A DNA stretch of 10,550 nucleotides from a virus. Its lineage: Duplodnaviria > Heunggongvirae > Uroviricota > Caudoviricetes. Both the position numbers and the translations under genes were made by a program. Below are positions 1 to 6,937 of this stretch, piece after piece. Location of the stretch: positions 1 to 10,550 of the IMG/VR virus record IMGVR_UViG_2609459856_000005. One strand, written 5' to 3'. The notes beneath the pieces are model-generated. The model was not told the DNA's origin, ran no database searches, and worked only from the letters and a program-made list of their open reading frames with translations. Position 1 is the stretch's first letter; the number at the start of each line of letters is the position of its first letter.

Positions 1-27
1 CCATCCGTTATTTGCGGAGGTGAGGCT

Positions 28-243
28 ATGAAATCCATGGACAAAATTTCAACGGGCATTGCCTACGGCACCTCCGCAGGCAGTGCTGGCTACTGGTTTT
101 TACAGTGGCTTGATCAGGTCAGTCCTTCACAGTGGGCTGCGATTGGTGTACTGGGGAGTCTGGTTCTGGGCTTCCTGACTTATCTGACAAATCTGTACTT
201 CAAAATCAGAGAAGACAAGCGTAAGGCTGCACGGGGAGAGTAA
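28..243 (+). CDS. Class II pinholin/antiholin, phage 21 S-like (71 aa, dual start)
   Basis: 71-aa ORF beginning MKSMDK (Met1 and Met4 in frame, the dual-start motif of phage-21 S giving a 71-aa antiholin and 68-aa holin). Two hydrophobic segments ([19 protein letters not shown] and [23 protein letters not shown]) and a charged C-terminal tail. GGAGGTGAGG Shine-Dalgarno upstream. Sits immediately upstream of a SAR endolysin. Confidence 0.9.
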   Translation: MKSMDKISTGIAYGTSAGSAGYWFLQWLDQVSPSQWAAIGVLGSLVLGFLTYLTNLYFKIREDKRKAARGE

Positions 244-247
244 TTCA

Positions 248-598
248 ATGACTCAAAACTATGAACTGATTGTGAAAGGGATCCGCAATTTTGAGAATAA
301 AGTTACGGTAACTTTAGCGTTACGGGACAAAAAACGCTTTGACGGTGAAATTTTTGACCTGGACATCTCGCTGGACCGTGTTGAAGGTGCCGCGCTGGAG
401 TTTTATGAGGCAGCAGCCAGAAGGAGCATCAGACAGGTCTTCCTGGATGTTGCTGCCGGGTTATGTGAAGGGGATGAGCAGTCGCCGGAAAAGCGCCCCG
501 TAATTTTAGATGCGCAGAATGTTTGGATAACCTACAAAGGAAAGCTACCAGGAAGAATTACTGGTTCTCTGAAGACTCCTCCGGAATCACAACCTTAA
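248..598 (+). CDS. Lysis-cassette-associated hypothetical protein, YdfR-like (DUF1327), tentative
   Basis: 116-aa ORF with GGAGAG Shine-Dalgarno, wedged between holin and endolysin. From memory this matches the position and sequence type of ydfR in the Qin prophage of E. coli K-12 (essQ-ydfR-rrrQ order). No TM segment; soluble, mildly acidic. Family call is recalled, not searched. Confidence 0.75.
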   Translation: MTQNYELIVKGIRNFENKVTVTLALRDKKRFDGEIFDLDISLDRVEGAALEFYEAAARRSIRQVFLDVAAGLCEGDEQSPEKRPVILDAQNVWITYKGKLPGRITGSLKTPPESQP

Positions 599-661
599 GT
601 CACTGACCGGAACAGATAAACCTGTCCGTGGGCAGAAACCGATAAATCCTGATAAATATCC

Positions 662-1195
662 ATGAACGCAAAAATCAGATACGGCCTGTCGGCTGCCGTT
701 CTGGCACTGATTGCCGTCGGTGCGCCCGCGCCTGATATTCTCGACCAGTTTCTGGATGAAAAAGAAGGTAACCACACAACGGCATACCGCGATGGGTCCG
801 GCATCTGGACCATCTGTCGGGGTGCCACGATGGTGGATGGAAAACCCGTTTTTCCCGGTATGAAACTGTCGAAGGAAAAATGCGACCAGGTCAACGCCAT
901 TGAGCGTGATAAGGCGCTGGCATGGGTGGAGCGCAATATTAAAGTACCACTGACCGAACCACAAAAAGCGGGTATCGCGTCATTTTGTCCCTATAACATT
1001 GGCCCCGGTAAGTGTTTTCCATCGACGTTTTATAAGCGGCTGAATGCTGGTGATCGTAAGGGCGCATGCGAGGCGATTCGCTGGTGGATAAAAGATGGTG
1101 GGCGCGATTGCCGCATACGTTCAAATAACTGCTATGGACAGGTTATTCGTCGTGACCAGGAAAGCGCATTAGCCTGTTGGGGAATAGATCAGTGA
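662..1195 (+). CDS. SAR endolysin (T4-lysozyme-like muramidase, GH24; R21/RrrQ-like)
   Basis: 177 aa. N-terminal Gly/Ala-rich weakly hydrophobic signal-anchor-release segment ([18 protein letters not shown]). Catalytic triad spacing E35-x8-D44-x5-T50 ([16 protein letters not shown]), as in P1 Lyz and phage 21 R. Follows the pinholin as expected. Confidence 0.92.
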   Translation: MNAKIRYGLSAAVLALIAVGAPAPDILDQFLDEKEGNHTTAYRDGSGIWTICRGATMVDGKPVFPGMKLSKEKCDQVNAIERDKALAWVERNIKVPLTEPQKAGIASFCPYNIGPGKCFPSTFYKRLNAGDRKGACEAIRWWIKDGGRDCRIRSNNCYGQVIRRDQESALACWGIDQ

Positions 1196-1659
1196 GCAGA
1201 GTCGCCGCGATTATTTATGCTCTGGTTATCTGCATCATCGTCTGCCTGTCGTGGGCGGTCAATCATTACCGTGATAACGCCATCACCTACAAAGAACAGC
1301 GTGATAAAAAAGTCAGTGAGCTGAAGCAGGTGACCGCCACCATCGCTGACATGCAGCAGCGTCAGCGTGATGTTGCTGCGCTCGATGCAAAGTACTCGAG
1401 AGAATTAGCCAATGCGAAAGCTGAAAATGAAACTCTGCGCGCTGATGTTGCCGCTGGTCGTAAGCGCCTGCGGGTCAATGCCAGTTGCTCCGCAGCCGTG
1501 CGTGAAGCCACCGGACCCACCAGCGTGGATAATGCAACCAGCCCCAGACTGGCAGACACCGCTGAACGGGATTATTTCACCCTCAGAGAACGGTTGATGA
1601 CGATGCAGAAGCAACTGGAAGGGGCACAGCTATACATTCGTGAGCAATGTCTCAGATAA
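1192..1659 (+). CDS. Rz: Rz i-spanin (inner-membrane spanin subunit)
   Basis: Protein [34 protein letters not shown]... is collinear with lambda Rz (N-terminal TM helix, coiled-coil periplasmic domain, C-terminal ...YIREQC). GTG at 1192 overlaps the endolysin stop (GTGA). The ATG at 1177 given in the ORF track lies inside the endolysin gene and is less likely. Confidence 0.88.
   Translation: MSRVAAIIYALVICIIVCLSWAVNHYRDNAITYKEQRDKKVSELKQVTATIADMQQRQRDVAALDAKYSRELANAKAENETLRADVAAGRKRLRVNASCSAAVREATGPTSVDNATSPRLADTAERDYFTLRERLMTMQKQLEGAQLYIREQCLR
1412..1597 (+). CDS. Rz1: Rz1 o-spanin (outer-membrane lipoprotein), embedded in Rz in the +1 frame
   Basis: 61-aa [23 protein letters not shown]... 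with signal peptide and lipobox (VSAC, Cys20), a proline-rich mature part ([27 protein letters not shown]) collinear with lambda Rz1, lying entirely inside Rz in a different frame. Confidence 0.85.
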   Translation: MRKLKMKLCALMLPLVVSACGSMPVAPQPCVKPPDPPAWIMQPAPDWQTPLNGIISPSENG

Positions 1660-1814
1660 AAACCGGCCAAGGATAATCCGCTAAAGATTCGCCGGTGGCG
1701 AAAGAGAGCCAAGGTGTCAACCTACGCTATTACTTATGATAATGCAACAGACGAAGCGGGACATATTGGCGCATAACAAATCAGTGCAGGCTAACTGCAG
1801 GAAGAACTTAGGGC

Positions 1815-2081
1815 GTGAACGTAGAAAACCTAAGTAACGCACATTACATCTATAACGAGATGAAAGAGCTACAGCGACAGAAAGGTATACTGGAAAGTGG
1901 TGCAGGGCTTGGTGTGACAATCCAGTCTGCCTATCAATATAGTGCTTTTCTTGAGGCCATACGCCCGCATGCAGTTGCTGAACTTAACAGCCGTATTGAG
2001 GAAAAGAAATCCGCGCTGGTTAATTTGGGTGCTTCCTTCTCTATATACGAGCATAATAAGGCGGGTTGGAAACCCGCCTAA
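1815..2081 (+). CDS. Hypothetical protein (moron ORF, 88 aa from GTG; 73 aa if started at ATG 1860)
   Basis: Open frame in an AT-rich segment downstream of Rz; predicted soluble helical protein with no recognisable motif. Start codon uncertain. Ends at a hairpin shared with the convergent downstream gene. Confidence 0.45.
   Translation: MNVENLSNAHYIYNEMKELQRQKGILESGAGLGVTIQSAYQYSAFLEAIRPHAVAELNSRIEEKKSALVNLGASFSIYEHNKAGWKPA
2060..2078. terminator. Perfect 8-bp hairpin (GGCGGGTT-GGA-AACCCGCC) between convergent genes; possible bidirectional terminator
   Basis: Seen directly: GGCGGGTT at 2060-2067, loop GGA, AACCCGCC at 2071-2078. It overlaps the last codons of the + ORF and lies 8 nt from the stop of the minus-strand gene. 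No clean T-tract on either side. Confidence 0.45.
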
Positions 2082-2086
2082 AGCAC

Positions 2087-2626
2087 TTAGAAACTGCGTG
2101 GAGCTGTGGAAAGAATGGATGCCAGTTCTTCCTTCGATAAATCCCAGCTTCGATTTACAGCGTCAATTTTCTTACACTCATCAAGCATTGCGTTATAGAG
2201 ATGTTCTGTAAGTGAATGAGTATTGGCAATGGGCTGTTTCTGTTCGGGGAAGCGATCAAATTTCTGATACGCCTCAATGATACTGAAGTAATCGCATTCA
2301 TTATTACCGTCGAAACCTGGGAGCTGAATTGCCCCATCATGTATTTTTAGATGATGGTCACGGACTAATTCTTTTTGCTCGTCATCACTAAGTTTCCTGA
2401 AAGCATTGGAAAGTCCGCGATACATATTCAAGACAGCAGTAACAAAATCACGATCTTCTTTACTTGGTTCGTCAACATCCAAATGTGAATATTCGGCCTT
2501 GATAACCCAATCATTACCAGATGACACAGCATATTTAACAAGCTGTGGATCAATATCAGTTTCGATACCTAGGTGGATGGCAATGTCACATAACAAAATG
2601 GTATTGATTTTATCTTTAATATCCAT
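2087..2626 (-). CDS. Hypothetical cytoplasmic protein, possible YfbU-family (UPF0304) member; moron on the opposite strand
   Basis: 179-aa ORF on the minus strand with a strong Shine-Dalgarno (AGAGGG, 7 nt before ATG), AT-rich composition, no TM segment. Motifs MY..L......L.D and L.GFD...E..Y align with my recollection of E. coli YfbU; family call unverified. Confidence 0.8.
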   Translation of the reverse strand: MDIKDKINTILLCDIAIHLGIETDIDPQLVKYAVSSGNDWVIKAEYSHLDVDEPSKEDRDFVTAVLNMYRGLSNAFRKLSDDEQKELVRDHHLKIHDGAIQLPGFDGNNECDYFSIIEAYQKFDRFPEQKQPIANTHSLTEHLYNAMLDECKKIDAVNRSWDLSKEELASILSTAPRSF

Positions 2627-2764
2627 GAGTTAACCCTCTGAAGTAAAAAGTAATATCTACACCCGTTGGCTCATGAAGTCTATTGATCTGTCTCATATCA
2701 GCAGCAAATCTATTCCATGGAGATACTCAATGCAGGTCACCTTTGATTTATATAAGGGCGAAAC

Positions 2765-3115
2765 ATGCCAGCACTAATCCCACGCGCCTGCCGTAAGCGT
2801 GGATGTGCAGGTACAACCACAGACAGTTCTGGTTACTGCGATAAACATCGTGGCGAAGGATGGGTACAGCATCAACGCGGACTGAGCCGCCACCAGCGTG
2901 GCTATGGCTCGAAATGGGATGCCATACGTGCGCGCATACTGAAGCGTGATAATCATCTGTGTCAGAACTGCCTGCGCAATGGGAGAGCCGTTGAAGCCAG
3001 AACTGTGGACCACATCATTCCGAAAGCTCATGGTGGCACGGATGCAGACAGTAACCTGCAGAGTCTGTGCTGGCCCTGTCATAAAGCAAAAACAGCGCGC
3101 GAACGCATCAATTGA
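2765..3115 (+). CDS. HNH endonuclease (phage packaging-associated)
   Basis: 116 aa with N-terminal Cys cluster (CRKRGCAG...YCDKH) and HNH motif (DHIIPKAHGG...N...LCWPCH). Lies directly upstream of the terminase genes, as HNH genes do in HK97-like phages. Confidence 0.92.
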   Translation: MPALIPRACRKRGCAGTTTDSSGYCDKHRGEGWVQHQRGLSRHQRGYGSKWDAIRARILKRDNHLCQNCLRNGRAVEARTVDHIIPKAHGGTDADSNLQSLCWPCHKAKTARERIN

Positions 3116-3262
3116 TAACAGTTCCCATCTGTAGGGGAGGGGCGGGTCAAATCTCTGCAACCCTGGCTGCTCAGTACCGCCGCCTGACCCTTCCTCACAT
3201 CGCCGCAGGTTCGAAAACTTTTTTTGGAAATGTGAACAAACGATTGATAGGTAAGACCGATT
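3116..3262. other. Putative cos (cohesive end / terminase recognition) region
   Basis: Non-coding gap between the HNH and TerS genes, the place where cos lies in HK97-like genomes. Contains GC-rich blocks (GGGGAGGGGCGGG, CCGCCGCC), a T7 tract (3219-3225) and an IHF-consensus match (WATCAANNNNTTR on the minus strand, about 3237-3249). Exact cleavage site not identified. Confidence 0.4.
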
Positions 3263-3745
3263 ATGTCAGGACCTTCGAAACCCCCGCCACGCCTGCATTT
3301 GATACGAGGCAATCCCTCAAAGCGCCCCGTTAAAGACCCCAAAAAAACCGCTAAAAAGGATGAAAAAGGTCTTCCTAAAATTCCGCAGCATTTAGGGGCA
3401 CAGGGGAAGTACTGGTTCAGGCGAATGGCGGAAGAGCTGAATGCGGAAGGGATCATTTCTCAGCTTGATGCGCGTGCGCTCGAGTTGCTGGTGGAAGCCT
3501 ACACCGAATATCGGCATCACTGCGAAACACTCGATGTTGAGGGGTATACCTACCGCACGGAAACGCAGAGCGGTGATGTACTGATTAAGGCGCACCCCGC
3601 GGCGGCAATGAAAGCGGATGCCTGGAAGCGGATCCGGGCAATGCTTGCAGAGTTTGGTATGTCACCGGCAAGCCGGGCTAAAGTAAATATCGCCGGACCG
3701 GATGATGTTGATCCGCTGGCGGAGCTTTTAAAAGCGAGAGACTGA
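3263..3745 (+). CDS. Terminase small subunit (P27 family)
   Basis: 160 aa, basic N-terminus (LIRGNPSKRPVKDPKKTAKKDEKG) typical of P27-family TerS; stop TGA overlaps the TerL ATG (TGATG). Confidence 0.88.
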   Translation: MSGPSKPPPRLHLIRGNPSKRPVKDPKKTAKKDEKGLPKIPQHLGAQGKYWFRRMAEELNAEGIISQLDARALELLVEAYTEYRHHCETLDVEGYTYRTETQSGDVLIKAHPAAAMKADAWKRIRAMLAEFGMSPASRAKVNIAGPDDVDPLAELLKARD

Positions 3746-5502
3746 TGGCAAAAGTGGCTGACGGGATCCGCTACGCCGAACGTGTTGTCGCAGGAGAAAT
3801 TGTTGCTGGCGAATTTGTCCGCTTGGCCTGCCAGCGTTTTCTTGATGATCTGAAGTACGGCGAAGAGCGGGGGATTTATTTCAGTGAACCCCGTGCGCAG
3901 CACATCCTGAATTTCTACAAATTTGTGCCTCATGTAAAAGGGGCGCTGGCAGGCCAGCCCATTGAACTGATGGACTGGCATGTATTTATCCTCATTAATA
4001 TTTTTGGTTTTGTCATTCCGCTGGTGAATGAAGAGACCGGGGAAGTTGTCATGCGCAGCGATGGCAGCGGACGTCCGGTGATGGTGCGCCGGTTCCGGAC
4101 GGCGTACAACGAAGTCGCCCGTAAAAACGCAAAATCAACTCTGTCATCGGGTATCGGCCTGTATATGACGGGGGCAGATGGTGAAGGCGGTGCTGAGGTG
4201 TATTCAGCCGCCACCACGCGTGACCAGGCCAGAATTGTGTTTGAAGACGCCAAAAATATGGTCAGAAAAGCCCGGTCGACACTCGGGCGGTTGTTTGATT
4301 TCAACAAGCTGGCGATTTACCAGGAGCAGAGCGCATCAAAATTTGAACCGCTTTCCTCGGATGCAAACAACCTGGATGGTCTGAACATCCACTGCGCCAT
4401 TATTGATGAGCTGCATGCACATAAAACCCGCGACGTGTGGGACGTTCTGGAAACGGCAACCGGTGCCCGCCTGCAGTCCCTGTTATTTGGTATCACCACG
4501 GCAGGGTTTAACAAGGAAGGGATTTGTTACGAGCAGCGTGATTACGCCATCAAGGTATTGCGTGGCTATAACAGCGATGTGGAGGGCGCTGTAAAAGACG
4601 ACTCCTACTTTGCGATTATTTACACCCTCGATGAGGGAGATGATCCGTTTGATGAAACGGTCTGGCAGAAAGCGAATCCCGGCCTGGGCATCTGTAAACG
4701 CTGGGATGATCTGCGTCGCCTGGCGAAAAAAGCGAAAGAACAGGTCTCTGCGCGGGTGAATTTTTTTACCAAACACATGAATGTGTGGGTAACAGCAGAG
4801 TCTGCCTGGATGGACATGATTAAGTGGGAGAAGTGCGAATACATTGCCCCACGACATGAGCTGAAAACGTATCCCATGTGGGTCGGCGTTGACCTTGCTC
4901 ATAAGATTGATATCTGTGCGGCGGCAAAACTCTGGCGAACGGATAACGGGCATGTTCATGCCGATTTTAAATTCTGGCTTCCGGAAGGACGGCTGGAACG
5001 ATGCTCGCGGCAGCAGGCAGAACTTTACCGGAAGTGGGCGGAGATGGATAAGCTGATTCTGACGGATGGTGATGTTATCGATCATGCTCAGATAAAAAGT
5101 GACTTACTGGAATGGATTGGTGGTGAAAACCTCAGGGAACTGGGATTTGACCCGTGGAGCGCGATGCAGTTCAGCCTGGCACTGGCTGAAGAAGGGATAC
5201 CGCTGGTGGAGGTTCCGCAGACGGTTCGCAATCTGTCAGAGGCCATGAAGGAAACGGAATCACTGGTCTATGCCGGGCGTTTCCATCACAGCAATCATCC
5301 GGTCATGAACTGGATGATGTCTAACGTTACGGTAAAACCGGACAAAAACGACAATATCTTCCCGAATAAATCCACGCTGGAAGCCAAAATCGACGGCCCT
5401 GTTGCGATGTTTACAGCAATGAGCCGGATGCTGGTCAATGGTGGTGAACCGGAGCTGGATCTGTCTGAACATCTGGTCAGCGTGGGCATCCGTTCGCTTT
5501 AA
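3745..5502 (+). CDS. Terminase large subunit (HK97-type, Terminase_1-like ATPase/nuclease)
   Basis: 585 aa. Walker A-like RKNAKST (4120-4140), Walker B-like hhhhDE ([10 protein letters not shown]), C-terminal nuclease-domain length. Position after TerS and before portal. Confidence 0.95.
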   Translation: MAKVADGIRYAERVVAGEIVAGEFVRLACQRFLDDLKYGEERGIYFSEPRAQHILNFYKFVPHVKGALAGQPIELMDWHVFILINIFGFVIPLVNEETGEVVMRSDGSGRPVMVRRFRTAYNEVARKNAKSTLSSGIGLYMTGADGEGGAEVYSAATTRDQARIVFEDAKNMVRKARSTLGRLFDFNKLAIYQEQSASKFEPLSSDANNLDGLNIHCAIIDELHAHKTRDVWDVLETATGARLQSLLFGITTAGFNKEGICYEQRDYAIKVLRGYNSDVEGAVKDDSYFAIIYTLDEGDDPFDETVWQKANPGLGICKRWDDLRRLAKKAKEQVSARVNFFTKHMNVWVTAESAWMDMIKWEKCEYIAPRHELKTYPMWVGVDLAHKIDICAAAKLWRTDNGHVHADFKFWLPEGRLERCSRQQAELYRKWAEMDKLILTDGDVIDHAQIKSDLLEWIGGENLRELGFDPWSAMQFSLALAEEGIPLVEVPQTVRNLSEAMKETESLVYAGRFHHSNHPVMNWMMSNVTVKPDKNDNIFPNKSTLEAKIDGPVAMFTAMSRMLVNGGEPELDLSEHLVSVGIRSL

Positions 5503-5513
5503 CCGAGGTCATT

Positions 5514-5696
5514 ATGTTTCTGATAATTCTCGCGCCACTGGTGGGCGTGCTGGGTGCGCTTTTGCTGGCGTATGGTGCCTGGCTGATTTATCCCCCGGCG
5601 GGGTTTGTTGTTGCCGGGGTGCTGTGCCTGTTCTGGTCGTGGCTGGTGGCGCGATATCTCGACCGTACACAGCCGTCTGTCGGCGGAGGTAAATAG
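5514..5696 (+). CDS. Small hydrophobic membrane protein (60 aa, two predicted TM helices), function unknown
   Basis: [52 protein letters not shown]... with GAGGT Shine-Dalgarno 5 nt upstream. Its stop overlaps the portal GTG start, suggesting translational coupling. Confidence 0.55.
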   Translation: MFLIILAPLVGVLGALLLAYGAWLIYPPAGFVVAGVLCLFWSWLVARYLDRTQPSVGGGK

Positions 5697-6937
5697 TGTT
5701 CTTTTCGGGATTATTTCAACGAAAAAGTGACGCGCCGGTGACCACGCCAGCAGAGCTGGCGGATGCCATCGGGTTGTCTTACGACACCTATACCGGAAAG
5801 CAGATCAGCAGTCAGCGGGCCATGCGACTGACGGCGGTTTTTTCCTGCGTCAGAGTGCTGGCAGAGTCGGTCGGGATGTTGCCCTGCAATCTGTATCACC
5901 TGAACGGCAGCCTGAAACAGAGAGCCACCGGCGAACGTCTGCATAAGCTGATCTCCACGCATCCCAATGGCTATATGACGCCGCAGGAGTTCTGGGAGCT
6001 GGTGGTCACCTGTCTGTGCCTGAGGGGAAACTTTTACGCCTACAAAGTGAAAGCATTTGGCGAAGTGGCTGAACTGCTGCCCGTCGATCCCGGTTGTGTG
6101 GTACCGAAGCTTAACAGTCGCTGGGAGCCGGTCTATCAGGTCACATTCCCGGACGGTTCCACGGATGTACTGAGCCAGGAAGATATCTGGCATGTGCGCA
6201 CGCTGACGCTGGACGGTCTGGTGGGACTGAATCCCATCGCCTATGCCCGCGAGGCAATATCGCTGGCAGCAGCGACCGAAGAGCACGGGGCCAGACTGTT
6301 CAGCAATGGTGCGGTGACGTCCGGTGTGTTGCGTACAGAACAGACGCTGTCGGATCAGGCTTATGAGCGCCTGAAGAAAGATTTTGAGGAGCGTCACACC
6401 GGGCTTGGCAATGCTCACCGCCCGATGATCCTTGAGATGGGGCTGGACTGGAAGTCGATGGCGCTGAACGCCGAGGACAGCCAGTTCCTGGAAACCCGCA
6501 AGTTTCAGCTTGAAGAAATCTGTCGTCTGTTCCGGGTGCCGTTGCACATGGTGCAGAACACCGATCGCGCCACCTTCAACAATATCGAAGAGCTGGGGCT
6601 GGGATTTATCAACTATTCACTGGTGCCGTATCTGACCCGCATCGAACAGCGGATCAACACCGGACTGGTACGAAAAAGTAAGCAGGGCGTTTATTACGCC
6701 AAATTTAACGCCGGGGCGTTACTGCGCGGGGATATGAAGTCCCGTTTTGAAGCCTACGCCACCGGGATCAACTGGGGAATTTACTCTCCCAATGACTGCC
6801 GCGACCTGGAAGATATGAATCCGCGTCCCGGTGGGGATGTCTATCTCACACCGATGAACATGACCACGAAACCATGCGATGGCAGTAAAGCCGGTAAGCA
6901 GAAGGATAACGCCAATGCAGACGAAACAACGTCTTGA
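5696..6937 (+). CDS. Portal protein (HK97 family)
   Basis: 413 aa. GTG start at 5696 preceded by GGAGG (5685-5689). Size and order (TerL-portal-protease-MCP) are those of the HK97 head module. Confidence 0.93.
   Translation: MFFSGLFQRKSDAPVTTPAELADAIGLSYDTYTGKQISSQRAMRLTAVFSCVRVLAESVGMLPCNLYHLNGSLKQRATGERLHKLISTHPNGYMTPQEFWELVVTCLCLRGNFYAYKVKAFGEVAELLPVDPGCVVPKLNSRWEPVYQVTFPDGSTDVLSQEDIWHVRTLTLDGLVGLNPIAYAREAISLAAATEEHGARLFSNGAVTSGVLRTEQTLSDQAYERLKKDFEERHTGLGNAHRPMILEMGLDWKSMALNAEDSQFLETRKFQLEEICRLFRVPLHMVQNTDRATFNNIEELGLGFINYSLVPYLTRIEQRINTGLVRKSKQGVYYAKFNAGALLRGDMKSRFEAYATGINWGIYSPNDCRDLEDMNPRPGGDVYLTPMNMTTKPCDGSKAGKQKDNANADETTS

Noticed and set aside
587-1124. Minus-strand ORFs 587-964, 595-936 and 939-1124 overlapping the endolysin
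   Set aside because: Antisense to the SAR endolysin, which has clear catalytic motifs; no independent support.
1177-1191. ATG at 1177 as the Rz start (ORF-track call)
   Set aside because: It adds five residues encoded inside the endolysin gene; collinearity with lambda Rz begins at the GTG at 1192, which overlaps the endolysin stop.
2087-2626. R-x6-H (RDHHLKIH) motif in the 179-aa protein as a possible HEPN nuclease signature
   Set aside because: A single short motif occurs by chance too often; no other HEPN-like context is visible and the YfbU-like alignment explains the protein better. Left as unresolved rather than claimed.
1942-2633. Plus-strand ORFs 1942-2211 and 2406-2633 and minus-strand ORFs 1869-2054 and 2155-2340 inside the AT-rich island
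   Set aside because: Shorter and with junk-like composition compared with the 179-aa minus-strand ORF (strong Shine-Dalgarno) and the 1815-2081 ORF, which they overlap.
3116-3262. Exact lambda-type cosN (GGGCGGCGACCT) in the HNH-TerS gap
   Set aside because: Only partial resemblance (CCGCCGCC blocks, T-tract); no exact match on either strand, so only a generic cos region is proposed.
3550-5085. Minus-strand ORFs inside the terminase genes (3550-3981, 3930-4307, 4317-4514, 4483-5085, 4620-4877)
   Set aside because: They lie antisense within the strongly supported TerS/TerL frames, have no ribosome-binding sites or recognisable domains, and are typical shadow ORFs of GC-rich coding DNA.
6879-6914. 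ATG at 6879 as the protease start
   Set aside because: No Shine-Dalgarno and a 59-nt overlap with the portal gene; the ATG at 6915 has an AAGGA ribosome-binding site.
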